Both the position numbers and the translations under genes were made by a program. A stretch of 64,000 bases of DNA from Trichoplax adhaerens. Lineage: Eukaryota; Animalia; Placozoa. Each line of letters begins with the position of its first letter. Within the stretch, counting starts at the first letter, position 1. Shown in pieces: positions 27,649-41,849 of the stretch. The notes beneath the pieces are model-generated. The model was not told the DNA's origin. It worked only from the letters and a program-made list of their open reading frames with translations, and did not search any database. The DNA lies in assembly GCF_000150275.1 (NCBI RefSeq), contig NW_002060954.1:1054001-1118000 (forward strand), read 5' to 3'.

Positions 27649-30600
27649 TTATTCCTCAAGCATTGTACTACACAACCTATCTAATTCGGTTTGTAGTTGT
27701 GCATTCCTATCTTCTACAGTCAACCTATTACAAAAGAAAGCTAATAAATACGCTATTGATAAAGATCGATTCATGTATTAGTTGTTCTAAAATATGTTCT
27801 TATCTATCATGATCTAGAATAAGAAAATAAATTAACAAATTTAGACCTTGCTCTTCTTTCGTATTTCAATTTAATTTGCAATACTCGGGTTGTTTTTCTT
27901 TCAGTTTCAAGCAATTTTATTAAATCCTTTAATTTGTCCTCGTATTCTGTCTTCAATGTTTCCATTTGGCCCACTAACTTATCTACCTGACCTTTCAGTT
28001 TAGACTTTTCTTTTTCTAATATCGTAATTTCAGTACTAGCTGTATTGTAGGATTGAGCTGGAAATTTTTGAAAATATGTAAGTATGATTTATCAATGGTA
28101 AATACTAATCGTTTACTATCTCTATGTAATAAAATTACAGTAATACCAAAATCATTACAAGGATACTAATTTTAGTTGTTATTATTATGAGCAATAACTT
28201 TCGACTTACATAACTGCGAACTAGCAACTTCCAAATCTTGATAAATGTCTTCTGATATAGTACTTTCTCTGCTCTGATCGCTAAGATTTTAATATAAAGA
28301 ACAGAAAACAAAGCAAGATCTTAACAAGCAAGGCATCATTTATCCAATTCCTTGTTCATCAGAATTATTTGGCATGATAAAATGACTTCGTCTTTGCTAT
28401 CTTATGCTTTGGCTATGTGGTCATTATAATATCAGGGTTACCTTTAACTATATTGTGAAATTAACAATTAAAGTTAGAAATCATTAAAGAAATTTCACTG
28501 AGCTAATAAATTTACAATACGCGCAATTCTATACAGATAAGTTGCTAGATAAAAATCAGAAATTCTTTCTAATCTTTGCAATAAAATTATATGTCCTGTA
28601 TTCAGTAATATTGCCAGCAATAAAATAAGCAATGCTATAATTAAACAACTATAGATATTAATAAAGTTCGGTAGTAAAGACTATTCAAACAAAAAATTGA
28701 GTGACAGATACACATGTGTAATTTTTACCTTTGTTAAACTATCAGAAATTCTTCAGCTATCAAATTAGGTGAAAATTTTATACAAATCGACAAGAATATG
28801 CGTATAAATGTAACAATGACAATTATACTCTACGCTGTAATAGATTTTAGTTCCATTTGATAAGGAAATTATTTCCCAAAATAGAAATGTAATAAAAAGT
28901 TTGTGGGATTGACGCTAATAATTACCTGCCATCTGGTTTCGAAGCACTGATGACAAAAATGTCATTATAATGTCGAATTAAAACTTTCGTAATGTCAGCC
29001 AACATTTTGGTGCTTTTCATTAGCACTTCAGGGTCATGGAACTATAAAAAAAACAGTTAAAGATCTAGTAGTAGTTGAAAGAATAGTATATACCATCAGC
29101 ATATATCCAATATGCATGTAAAAATTTCAGTAATTAAGGCCCTAATGATAGTTTTTCGAACACGATTTCATTTATTTGATCTTACATTAACGGTCAGCAT
29201 ATTGGGTCCAAATACGGTAGATAAGTTATCAATATCCATTTTATTCATCGATGAATATTCTTGCACATCATTTAAAAATTTCCTGGAAGTGGTAATGAAT
29301 CAATTATTTAGATCCCAGTTTTAGATCAGTAGCTAAATTTAAAAAAATTTTAGTTAAGAAATAATATTACTTTAAGGAATGATCTATTGTTAAATTATGG
29401 AAAAATAAAGCGTACATAAGGAACTTGACAAGGTCATAATTTACACTTGGAATTTCATTTAGTATTTGAATGATTTGATTGATACCTTTAAACTTATTTG
29501 CATCATATGCTAAAATAATTACATCAATGACAAAGTATCCGATTAGGATAGCGATTACGTATGCTAAAATCTCTCATATTAAAAATATATTCAACATTAA
29601 GGCGCCAATAGTCTAGCTTACTATTGATAGCTATCACACATAAATCATAATTTTCACTCGGAATCAATGATTCTGGCAATTCTCGTAGATAGAGTTTTAG
29701 TAATGATGCGACGGTATGAATATCAGTCTCTTCTGGTATGATATAATCAATTCCTACGAAGAATATAAAGGTCAAAGTTTTACCATAATATTTTAAATGG
29801 ATATTTTACGTAATACTACGAATATCTTTCTAATTAGCCTTTTTGTCAATTGGTGAATTAACAAGTACGTCCAATTAATTGCTTCTTTAATAACGAGTTA
29901 TGTCATAGAACTATATTGTAAATATAGCTCCTATGGCAAGTCTTATTACTATTAGGGTTTCATCTACCGCGACATTGCTGAAATTTTTTTACTGTACTTA
30001 TTAATATGGATAGAAGCATAGCTAGATCGGTGAGATTTTAAGATTTATTATACTGTTGCACACTCTCCGTAATTTATTGAAGTGAATATAAGACATATTA
30101 AACACTTTACTGCTACTGAAATATCGTAAAAAAAGCATATAATATATCGGAATATTCAGGTATGAGGTTTTATCCAATAATCAGTATATGATGACATTTA
30201 AGTAGGTATACTATAAGAATGTACTAATGTGAATAGGGATTCAGTAATTTTAGATTAAATAAGAATGTTTATCGTGACAGACACCAAGCAGTAAAGTAAG
30301 ACTGTAATTATCAGGATAACTATAAAAAAAGATTAAGTTCATAGCTAAATACTTGCTATGTACTCTTTTACAATTTAATGTAATTATTATGAGTGAATGC
30401 ACTCGATTTGCTATCTCTGTAACTCGATCTTACCTTCGTCGAAATGCGCCTTAAGGTCTTTAACTTTATTTGTATTGCCAGGAAGGCGGAAAAGACCTTC
30501 CTCGTCCAAGCCTGCAAATTAGTTATAAATAAAACTATTTCATATTGATTTGTATTATGGTAAAATAATAAATTGGTCTGATTTTTTCAATTTTTAGAAT

Positions 30601-32270
30601 AAGAATAATGAAGAAGAGAAAAATCTGCACAAGTTGTCATCAGATATGGTTACGCTATATCATGAAGTAGTAACCTGTTGATCGAATAAACTTGACGCTC
30701 TCTCGTACAACATTGGGAATAGAACCTTTGGATAAGGTAGTACTTTGGCGGCGTATCACTTGGCTTAATCTCTGACCAAAAACTGCATTTTCTCTCTATA
30801 CCATTTTTAAATATATATAGATGAAAAATTAAAATTGAATGATTTGCTATCTTTACATTACTGTATTTTAGCATAATTACTGGAATGATTTTCATTGAAG
30901 ATGTTAATCATCATACAATATCTGTCGAATAGACTTGCTGTATAGAATTTACTTTACTATTTCAGTATAAAAATAAATTACTTGATCCATTCCTTTCCTA
31001 ATAGCTTTTATGGCATCTTCAATATCTTTAGCAGTATTGGAACTAATGACATGATTGTCAGGAGGATCTTAAAAGGATTAAGATACATTAGTATAGTTTG
31101 GATACCCTTGATCTACTCATGAACATGTCATGAGCTTGACTGTATAGTAAATAGTAAAAATGTAGAGAAATAATGCATTTCTATAATCCTTTTCCACGTA
31201 ATACAAGTTAACTCTCACTGGATATTTCAAATCGATGTTCCCCATTTTCTATCGAAAGTTCATTAATAGTACAACCAATTAATGATACGGAACCTGCTAC
31301 CTTAGTGTCCTGAAGAAGTTATAAAAGGTGATATTAACTGAAAATATTGATTAAAAGTTATTCTTTTATCAAAATAAATCCAATTTAGAAGAAGCTTCAA
31401 AAGATATATAATATATCTTGAAAATTTGTGAGAATATGCTAACGATTTAAGAAAAAAATGATAGAATAGATTGCAATGATTAATAATATCTTACATCTTT
31501 TTCACGATAGTATTGCAACGACTCTAGTGTAATAACAATCCAGCGTTTTTTGGCCATTCTATTCCATCCTGACGATTTCGAGATATTGAGATAGCCACTG
31601 AACAGGGACTATTTTGAATACAAGAGTAGATCAACAGGAATAAAGCTAGATAATTATATTAAAGGTGTACATTATAGTTTCCTTTTATAAGCTCATTCTG
31701 ACGATAAAATAAGATTGATATTGTCTTTCACCATTGTAAATGAAAGACTAACGATTGATCAGTGACAAGAATTAAAAGAATCTTCTATTTCTTACGATTG
31801 AAGATAATTGTGATGGATTGTATCTAGTATTAGACATGTTAGTTAAGCCGTTCTTGATTTGAGTTGTTCCAAGGCGTACAATATTACAGGCAAATATTCT
31901 CACGGGATCACTGCTTTATAACCTTTGGACTATGTTTTCATTAGAATAATATAAATAAATTTTGGCCAGTCATATAAATATAGGAAGTCATACAGGTAAG
32001 GTAATAAGACAAAAGTAGATCTACTCTGCCAATGACGAATCTGGCTACAGAAATTTTCGAGCAATGCAGTATTAATTACATGATTACACATCGATCAATA
32101 ATCAGGTTCTTGAAGTAATTTTAACCCGTAGTAGTTATCAAAATGCGTAATATAATTAATTTACTGTTAATTTCAACATAAATCCTATAGGTTTGCTTTG
32201 CTTTATTACCTTTATTGGATATTTGCCACTGCTAAAAGATGATAAAGTAGTAACCAAATGGGGATAGAGT
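27649..32270 (-). CDS. PH + RhoGAP + C-terminal coiled-coil protein (ARHGAP22/24/25, FilGAP-like); start codon unresolved
   Basis: PH domain (FSGYLNISK...[18 protein letters not shown]...VAGSVSL). RhoGAP domain ([19 protein letters not shown] with the arginine finger, [39 protein letters not shown]). Coiled-coil tail ending [30 protein letters not shown]. Confidence 0.88.
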
Positions 32271-33843
32271 CTAGAGATACACAAATAAGTCTTATTGGCT
32301 GATATTGAGTAAATTATTATTACTCAATTCTCTGACTATGTCTTCATATAGGTGATACGGTATTAATATGCTTTTTCACATACGTGTATACTGTAATGCA
32401 ACAAGCTCTGCACTTAGGTATTACAAATATTTGAGGGTAATTAGCGCGCTACGACTTAAATCAAAAAAGAGTTTGTGTCAGCGTTTATAAGAAGTTGATA
32501 TTAACATATCATGGCATGATAATACTATCGTGTGGTATATAAAATATAAAATCGGTTAAATATATATAGAAGGGTATGGTTCAATTTTGTGAATTATGGA
32601 ATTATCTACTTTACCATTTCTATAGTATACGAGTATGTTATTGTATCACCTACGGTACATGCAGCAAGCATTGTACTGTATATATGAAATACTATAATTA
32701 TGGACTACTAGATGCACCATATCAAGTACTGTAGTCCGTGCTATATTTTTTAAACGCTAATGTCGTTAAATAATACTAGATAACAACCCATACAATTGAA
32801 CGGAATGTTTGAGTTTGCTTAGGCTTCCTTAGCTGCATAATATGCTCGTAATAGTATCTAGAATAAATAAATGTACCGTATGATGCCAAATATTCTTTTA
32901 TGACGTAATCAAATCATGCGGAGATCATTTAATACTTATTACGCCATCGTTTATTAATTTCTAGTATCAGTAGTTACATCTGAAATAATTAGTCATTACT
33001 GGTACTGTAGGTATGAATGCTTTTGATACCTATCATAAATGAGCTATTGTATTGTGTACAATTTGCAATAACTGGCATTATTCCGGTCTGGTTGAAAGAT
33101 GATTAGAGTTTTGTATTTTTCTCAATCTACTGAAGATTTATGATTTCAGGTTCTATGTTGTGTTACAGGACAAACCACACACCAGTAATAAGAAACCAAT
33201 TTTATTACAGTCGGCAGTATTCAGTAAAAATACCTTGATTATAATAATAATTATGATGTTGCTCTTAAGATATAATACTGGAGAATCTAGTACCGCAACT
33301 ACCGAGTACATTGCAGAACTATCAAAACTGAAATAAATTAAGAACCTATCGATATAACTAATACAATTTAAAACCATTCTCTAAGGTTCTATAGCACTCT
33401 TCCAAAATCATTAACGGCAGATGATGTAATTTCATACTTGTTGCAGTATCAATATTTACTTGTATAGGCAGCTGATATTCAATTAGCTAATAATCACTGA
33501 GCAAATTTTGTTGCCATTTTTATTAATATGCTAGATATTGCTGACTACTTTGTTAGTAATAGAATGATTGTTTCCGTATATAAAAAAATTAAGCACGGAT
33601 GAGTATATATTAATAAAATTTAAGATACGTATTATTTCAGTGAAGAATTTAATCTGCTGCTTCATATGATACCCATATTATTGTAAGAAATAACGATAGC
33701 AATATTTAATCTTGTTTTGCATCACGACATGTTATTAGCCGTTACATAGATAATTTGATTGTTAAAAATTAATTAATATTTACAAAATTCATCAATTTTG
33801 ACAATAAATGTAATACTGTATGATTTAATTCAATTTAGGTAGG

Positions 33844-36800
33844 TTAGTCAGATTTTTTAACGGCACCAAGTTTCATGGGTCGATTTTTTTTCGCACCAGC
33901 AGCTCTTTTTTCTTTTAATGCTTGCTGGCGTTGTCGCCTTTCTTCTCGTTTCTTTTCCGTGTTAAGAGACTTTTCTTCTTTTCTGTTCTGGTGTGAAGTC
34001 TGTACTTTTGATGGGGAAGACTCTTTCGCAGCGGATTGCGATGGTTCTCGTTGTGCCTCTTCTTCGAAAGGTTCCCATTCATCATTATCCCATCCACCTA
34101 CGTGTTCGAATAAAAATAGAAATAGCTGCAATGTATAGTAGTAAGCTAAGATGAAAGCGTAATGGTAATGATACTTCAGTTTGAGTTATCACTTTAAGTC
34201 CCAGCTGAAACATTTGCGATAGCAACGGATTACCTGAATTTGCAGTATTTTGCTGTTCATTAGAATTACGTGATTGACTGTCACCCCAATCAGTTGTATT
34301 CCAATCCGACGTTTGATCCCATTCGCTAGTCTTTGCTGATATGTCACTATATGCATTCTGATTCGAAATTTAAAAAGGTAAATTAATAATTTTAGTTCTA
34401 TTAGCCCCTACTAGAAATACCAATATTTATATCATATAATCGATTGTAGTTTAGCAAGAACGATTAATTTGTAGATCAAAATACTGCGCACATTGCACTG
34501 TTGACAAAATAACCTACGTTGGCAACACAATACTTAATAATACCTAATTATGATGCTTTAACAATACCTGCTGTTTTCCTTTACTTTGTTTAATAGAACT
34601 ATCGCCAAATGAAGTTTCCCAGTTAACATCATCCCAATCATCAGTTTTATCATTCATGGAATTATCCTAAGAAATGTAACATAAATTATGATTATACATA
34701 AAAAAACATAATTCGAGATAGGTTGATCGTGGCTATTAGTTATAATTCAACTAACTAATGATGGCTGATCCCAATCATTTTCCCAGCCACCTCCACTAAA
34801 ATCAATATCTGGCTGAGAATCATTTTTATATGTTTTTCCATTGAGATCTTCCGCAGATTTTTGCTTCGATTCGTGGGTATCTTGATTTGCTTTCACAATA
34901 GTTCTTTCGTAATCTAAAAATGCGTAGATTATATGTGCATTTAGTGTTATAGTATCACCAATGAAGAGGTTAATTGTTGTTGCGAACATCATAAAATAAA
35001 GCAGGTTTCTCTTACCATTACTAGAACTTTTGGTATTATCTGTTTGATTTTCATCAGGGCCTTTCGTAATTATTTTAGACGCTAGCGAATTTACAGCCCA
35101 ACCAGCCCAGGAAGAGGCAGCCCCTGCAGCAGTTGCGGCGAGTCCTTGATCGTCATTTACGGTACCTTTATTTATAATAGGTAAAACATGTTTTCATGCA
35201 CAAGTTCAGAAATATAATCCGTTGACAAATTACCGAATGTACTGTAGGCGTATAAGAGTGCTAAATTATAATAGAAAATTTAGTCATCTAGTTAAAAAGA
35301 TTTATCAACAATCTACATTTCCATATCTTCAATTTACCATTTTCAGTAGGTTCCCTTTTCATCTGCTCTGAATAGCTTTCCATAATAGCTAGAAACTGTC
35401 GAATACTTGCAAAAATCTATAATGGAGATGAATAGTGGTATAAATTGAGCTTGGAACGCATGAAATGAAAACAGCTTACATATACAAAAAATATATATTT
35501 TTAAAAAGTATATTGGGTTTTATTATACCGAAATGATATAGCAACCGTAAATCGGCATTTCAATACCTGATCTCTTACTGACTTATCAGAATCTAAAGTT
35601 TTCGAGCATAAGTTAGGAAGAATTTTTTCCGCGATATCCTTTTGCGAGTAGTAAGATTTAGTTGCAGCAAATCCGAGAATGCCAGCAATGCGAGCAGGTG
35701 GGAATGGATCTTGCATAGCACGTAAAAAAGCTGTTGCCAGAACCCGCTGGCGAGTCTAAATTGCAAATATATTAATTTCATGAAATAGAACAAACGAGTA
35801 GAAACCCGAACAGACTTTCAGTAATTCGGTGATGCAATTGTAGTTACATTGAATTACTAAAATGTGCCATAATTATACCAACAACTAGTAATAGAAATTT
35901 TTCATTCTATAGTTCTGTATATGTATTGCAATTATATTAGATAATCATAATTTATCTGTGTACTGAGTCGAATAGATATCTATCGTATTAGTGAGCATTT
36001 GGTAGTAGATCTATATCAGGGGAAGAGGTGCGGCATAGCGCAAAATTTAGCAGGAGTTTTTAAAAAATTAGGGCAATATATGCTCGGATATTCTAATTTG
36101 CTGTTTAATGAAACTTACGGCTTCACTGAAGTGACAGGCAACTTTTCCCAAGCAAATCGTAGTATTAGTCCTAATACTAGATTGTTCATCTTGTTGTAGT
36201 ATAGCAAAATGCTTTAGTAAATCCTTTGAAATAGTTGATTCCGATAATTTGGGAACGAGCAGAACCATAGACTTACATGTAAGTTAAAAATTAATACAAA
36301 CATCAATAGTTAGTTTTCAAAAAAAACAAAATTTATTGAGCGTTACAATACTTTTATTGTTTCCTCTCTTAATGCCGGTACAGTATCGGTAAAGCCCGTA
36401 GCCAATTGGGGGTATATTTGTGAGTCGACTACTTTTGGATTTAGATATTTGGCAAAAAATTCCATCTAATAGTTAAATTTTTAACAAGCAGAAGATCCAT
36501 GTAATCCATTAATTTGTATATATATATATGAGATAAAATATTTATACGAAATTAAGAGGGTTTTAAAATGTTTCGTAGGGTTATTTTGACCATAAATGTA
36601 CCTGCTGTAACAGATTAATCCTAGTGCTTCGATCTGGCGATGAAAACAACTTAATAATACACGGTATAACTTTTTCTTGATATTCCTCATCTGTTAGATG
36701 ACGTCCAATCTATCATAAAGTATAAAATAAGTTTCATTAATGGTCATAATTATTAGGAATTAAGTGGATCACACTTGTTGAGCACATCAATATATTATAC

Positions 36801-39800
36801 GAATGAATCACCTTTATTAAGGGCTGTAGAACTGCGGATCCAGCCCCGCCAAACTCAAAAGCATTAATTAATTGTGGTAGCAACCTTTGTTTACAAAATT
36901 TGACAGGAAATTCATCTACATGATCGTTTAAGGATTTAAAGAATGCCGTTTTTTCGTCTGTATCTTTGAGCTAAGAAAATGAATTTGATATTTAGTAATG
37001 CTAACAAAAATAGCTTTGGCATAGGGATATGATCATGTTGCATAAAAGATCATTTTAACTCGATAAGCTTTAAAAAATACGAAAATAAAATCTATGTAAT
37101 TATTAATCATGACATATTACGGTATGTAGAAGTGTTAAATTTGATTGAAAAACTATATGCAACATGAAACAATCAAATTACATCGTTCTTACCTGTAATT
37201 CCTCTAAGAATAGATTAGTGTCTACATAACTATTCTTCATAAAGCCACCATCAGATCTGCAATGGTCGATTAGTTGGCGCGGGCTTGGACGTAAATGAGG
37301 TTTCGGACTTATCATTTTTCGATAATGCGTTATTAATAATTTTGGGATCTGTGGTAATCAAGGTAGTAAAGTATACTTAACAAAAGACGGAGATAGATAC
37401 CTACGTTACGGTTTTTAACTTAAAAGCACGGTAATAAAATGATACTTGACAAGATCTTACCTTCATAGTATTACTCAATGAGGATGATTCCGATAAAGGT
37501 CCATTGAATAATTCCCAAATAAGACTGCCTATAGATTGTATATCATTTGACCTAAAAGAGAAACAATTATGGAAGTGTAGTCCAGGAAGAATTAAGAAGA
37601 TTTTATAAGAACTATTTAAATAAAATAATTTTTAGGAAGTGTAATTTAAAGATTATTAATAAATAAGACATACCAACATTCAGTTTTCCCTTCGTCTTGA
37701 AAGTAATGCTTATATTTACTGAGAGCTGGGAAGACTTTTGTCGGTATTAAGGTTGATGGCTCAGCATTATTATGAGCAAAACCAAAACCGCCCAGTTTCC
37801 AGTCGCCAAATTTATCGACGAAAATGGAATTTATAGTGATGTTATTATGGATTATTTTGCAATCGATATTGAGAAAGGATGCAATTTTCTATAAAATAAG
37901 GAGTGTAACTTAAAGATGATGCTTTTAAATATTGTTTTAGTTAATATTTCATAAAATTAGTTAAACAGCAGTACTGAAGCAATTACTAGTATCTGATATA
38001 GTCCCCAAGAAATTTCATATTCATTGCGATCGCTTTCTTCATTAACGTAATCGATTAACGGTACGACATGTTCCGTTACCAGCGAAATATTACCATCAGT
38101 CTATATTTTATGCGTGCACGTACCAACATAATTTAGAGTTAATTTAGTTAAAAATATTTAGCAAATTTTAAATATAAACATAGCGTTAAAAGAATAAAAA
38201 TAGTAATTTATTAACTAATATGAAAGGCAGAAATTAATTTTATTTAGTTTGCGGATTGCTCATTTTACATACGTTTTACCATAAATAATATCATCAATCT
38301 TACTTCTAGTCCGTCGATATATTTCAAAACGTTAGGATGTCTCGTCGTTTTAATACGCTTGTAATCAGCTTTGGCAACATTACCCTACAAAGTAATTATG
38401 GCGAGACGATTACATTAGTGGAAAGTTAGCTACAGTAAAGAGGTAATATATTCTATACGCTTGAAAGTAAAGAATTTAGCTTCTTCTTCAGTTATGAACA
38501 TTAGAAACATTGTCTTTGGATGGTGTAAATACTGTTATCATCAATCTATAATTAATGTATATAGTATGTATTACTGTATAAGTTCTCAATCTAGCATTCT
38601 ATACAACACGCATGTACTAGACGGTACAAAATACTACATAGCGTTTAAAAATAGATTCAAATTGGAACGAGTAAGGGTGTGGTATAATCTAGAAAACTTT
38701 ATAGGTAGGATACGAACTAGCTGCGATATGAGAATACTGCATTAAGACCCTAAATATGCACTTCATTTGGTTGTAAGTTGCGAGGTATATATTATACATG
38801 ACCAAATATATACTTTACTATTACAGTATATCTAAACCAACCTGATCAGTGCCAACTTTGCTAATGTCGCAAATAAATATTGAGACTTTTTCACCTCCAT
38901 TCTATAAAGAGATAGAGCAGAGTGTTAGTAGTATAGAGCTGATTTTCAATATACTGTATCTTGCTAGGATTCGCATAATGGTGAAGAAAGTGCTGCAGTA
39001 TTATATATTTCCTGATTTAGCTGAGTTTTACTTCTCATAAGACAGTAGAGTAGGGATAATATGTATAATACAGTCATGGCACAGTATATTAATTTTGATA
39101 AACAGTTTGGAAATCTTAATTATACGAATACGAGTACGTGCGTATGTACAATAGTACAAATGCACTCTATATTAAATATGAGGCACGTGTATGATCTTTA
39201 AATGCATACAAAATGATTGTTCATCTAATACCCTTGGCATGGTGATTTCAATCTATTATTTGGTAAACGTGTCAGATAAGTGATGGGATAATACTGCATA
39301 GTTGACTATAGAGTAAGGTAAGACTTTGCCGATAACTTCATCTACTGAATATAGTTCTGGATGGTTAAAACTGGGAAAGATATAGAGATCGTCATATATC
39401 TTCCCACAAAACTTTAAGTTATTGCTATTGGTTTATTATGGCAGTTTATTCTACACTTGTGGATCAATGATATTATCAATAAATACGATTAACACAAGAC
39501 GTACTCGTATAGAACCAAGTACTGTATATCATTATTTCGATTGTATATTTCTATCACTACGTAGTGTCGCTAGTATCGTTTGAGCATCTATCAATACTTA
39601 TCATGTATTGAATCCATACTATAAACCATCGCTAATAGCTAGTCTATGAAATAATGTAATTTAGAAAGACCTGATATTCTTACGACGTAAATTTCCAACA
39701 TTATCTAATCTTGCCTCATTCCTTCTAGGAGTCATTTACGTTAACAGTGATAATTATATAATTATTAGCTAACATACAATTTTTTTCCCTTCATACAATG

Positions 39801-39903
39801 TCCATGGTGATATCTCTTCTCCAAAATCGATCTTTTCTCCCATTTCGTATGGAAAGTTGGCGTTCAATTTACCTTGACTTACTTTGGATATCCAAGACCA
39901 CAT
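33844..39903 (-). CDS. SCYL1: SCY1-like pseudokinase 1 (N-terminal kinase-like protein)
   Basis: MWSWISK...[36 protein letters not shown]...[12 protein letters not shown] (pseudokinase), HEAT region ([37 protein letters not shown]), [10 protein letters not shown], acidic W-repeat region and C-terminal [12 protein letters not shown]. Confidence 0.95.
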
Positions 39904-40510
39904 ACTGTACTCGATGAACTTTCTATCTGATATGGAATGATTCTAATTGATGAGGTTTTCAAAAGAGGTAGTTAAGTAAAGTGCCCGATGGCAACTGATC
40001 TGTCGTAGGATCCACTTTTAGGCTTCTCTTTGAAAATGATAGTAATTTGGGTCACCGTCAAGCTTCCTTGCGACCAGTAGCTACAGTTATAAATATCAAG
40101 AATTTTGTAATTAATTTATTTGACCCAAGATTGATATACTGTACGTATACTAAATATTGTACAGTAAAATCCTTGAACCTTAATAACTTGTACTGTAAAT
40201 AGATAGAATATACTGTCTACTGTACACGTAGTACAATTGACTACACTTTTTCTTTAATTAGCAATAATAGCCATTACCAAATGGATCGATTATTATCATT
40301 CTCTTTTACTTACTGTAAATAACTGTAAAATAGTATTTATTAGGTGGAGTTTTTGAATGGATGGCTTGCAGTAATGGAATGGGCCACTTTGCTCAGTGGA
40401 TATTGTTAGTGCTATGCCGTAAATTAACTCAGTCTTACAACAGTACTCATAGAGGTAAGAAAGGTTTTACTGTGTACCTCTAGTTCTTACTTGCCGAGTG
40501 GATTTATACG

Positions 40511-40712
40511 GTACTGTCCAATACTAACAGAACTCTTTACTGCATACAGTACAGTACTGTACTACACACTGTAACTGTACTGTACATACAGTACTGTACT
40601 GTGTGTACACTACAGCAGTGTTGTTTGTCCTGTATGAAGGTCTAGGGCTACTGCATACAGTACTGTAGAGTTGAGAAAACTCCATAGCTACTGTCCTAAA
40701 TGTACAGTACAT
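40511..40712. repeat. TACTG/CAGTA pentamer array upstream of SCYL1
   Basis: atacagtacagtactgtactacacactgtaactgtactgtacatacagtactgtactgtg; more copies at 40135-40235. Confidence 0.8.
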
Positions 40713-41140
40713 CGTATGATACGGTATGGCACCTGTTTTGCACAGACGCATTGCGATTGGGATTGCAATTGATGCAATCAAGCTAGTATATTATAGAAAT
40801 ACGTCATTTAAAAACCTAGAAGTTACCGTAAATTCTCATTTATACAAGGTAAACAGTTTGATTGGCAAATATACAGTATATACTGTACGAGTATAATACT
40901 CGCTAACAGAACGATCACAATTGTGTCATGATCGGTCTGTTAATTTTAATCTTGTGCAAGTTGGCTTTGCCACAACTTGAAATGAAAGACCTTCTACTTC
41001 TTTGATCAATCATACTCGTGCAGTAGTTTTTAATTCCTTGTTGTACAAAAATTCATTTGTGAATGACTTACACGGCTAGGATAATAAGAAGCTACGGTTT
41101 TTTATTCATTTTGTCGTCTAATAACGACTGCCGTTGCTGT

Positions 41141-41335
41141 TCAAATATCGTATTAATTCTAGCAAGCTAGATTCTGATAATTAAATAAGCGATTGATAGT
41201 CTCCAAATATCGTATCAACTCTAGCATAGCTAGAGCCTGATAATTAAATAAACCATAGATAGTCTTCAAATATCGTATTAACTCTAGCAAAGCTAGATTC
41301 TGATGATTAAAATAAGCGATTGACAATCTCCAATA
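41141..41335. repeat. Three-copy tandem repeat (about 63 bp unit) between the SelW 3' end and the SCYL1 5' region
   Basis: The unit caaatatcgtat(t/c)aa(t/c)tctagc-aa-gctaga...ctgataattaaataa...gatagtct occurs three times. Each unit holds a CTAGC(N2-3)GCTAG inverted repeat. Confidence 0.9.
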
Positions 41336-41574
41336 ACCGTAACGCTTTCTTATGATGGATACCGAATGTTGACGATACAGCAACAGCAACAGTAGATGGA
41401 CTAAGTAGAGACAAAATATTGACTGTATCTTTTAAACAACATAACTAATCTGCGAAATTACAATGCAATACACAGACAAAGATATCTATCTACTTCGTGA
41501 TAAATTGAAAATCTTAGTGATATTAAAGAAATGATACAGCAAGCAAACCAAGAGAAGGTACTGTAGGACTTCCA

Positions 41575-41647
41575 TATAAGTAGGAGCATCATCAAGGATA
41601 GTCTTTGCGAATGTGTGATTTCAGAGTATCCCATCAAAATCTACATA
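41575..41647 (-). promoter_or_regulatory. SECIS element (type I-like, UUGA core) in the SelW 3'UTR
   Basis: On the minus strand: UAUGUAG-AUU-U-UGAU-GGGAUACUCUG-AAAUCACACAUUCG-CAAAGACUAUCCU-UGAU-GAUGCUC-CUACUUAUA. This gives a UGAN/NGAN quartet, a helix II of about 11 bp, apical AAA and a helix I GUAG/CUAC. It lies about 200 nt after the stop codon of a gene with an in-frame UGA. Confidence 0.8.
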
Positions 41648-41849
41648 GCCTTCAATTTCTTCACCAACCTAGTTAAGGTAATAACAGATTTTAATTACCG
41701 TTCATAATTATTTTACCACTTTAATCATTACCGAAGTGTAATTCAAGGCTAATACAGTATTTCAGGTCAGCAAATATAATAAAGTTGTGAATTCTTTAAA
41801 CACTTACTCATATTATTTCTTTGTCGAGAACTGAGGATTCGTCGACCTG

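Noticed and set aside
37670-37890. Loss of HRD and DFG kinase motifs in SCYL1
   Set aside because: Expected: SCYL proteins are established pseudokinases.
41141-41389. Repeat array as a possible CRISPR, and the repetitive ORF 41159-41389
   Set aside because: The units are contiguous with no unique spacers, the context is eukaryotic with no cas genes, and the ORF merely reads through the repeat.
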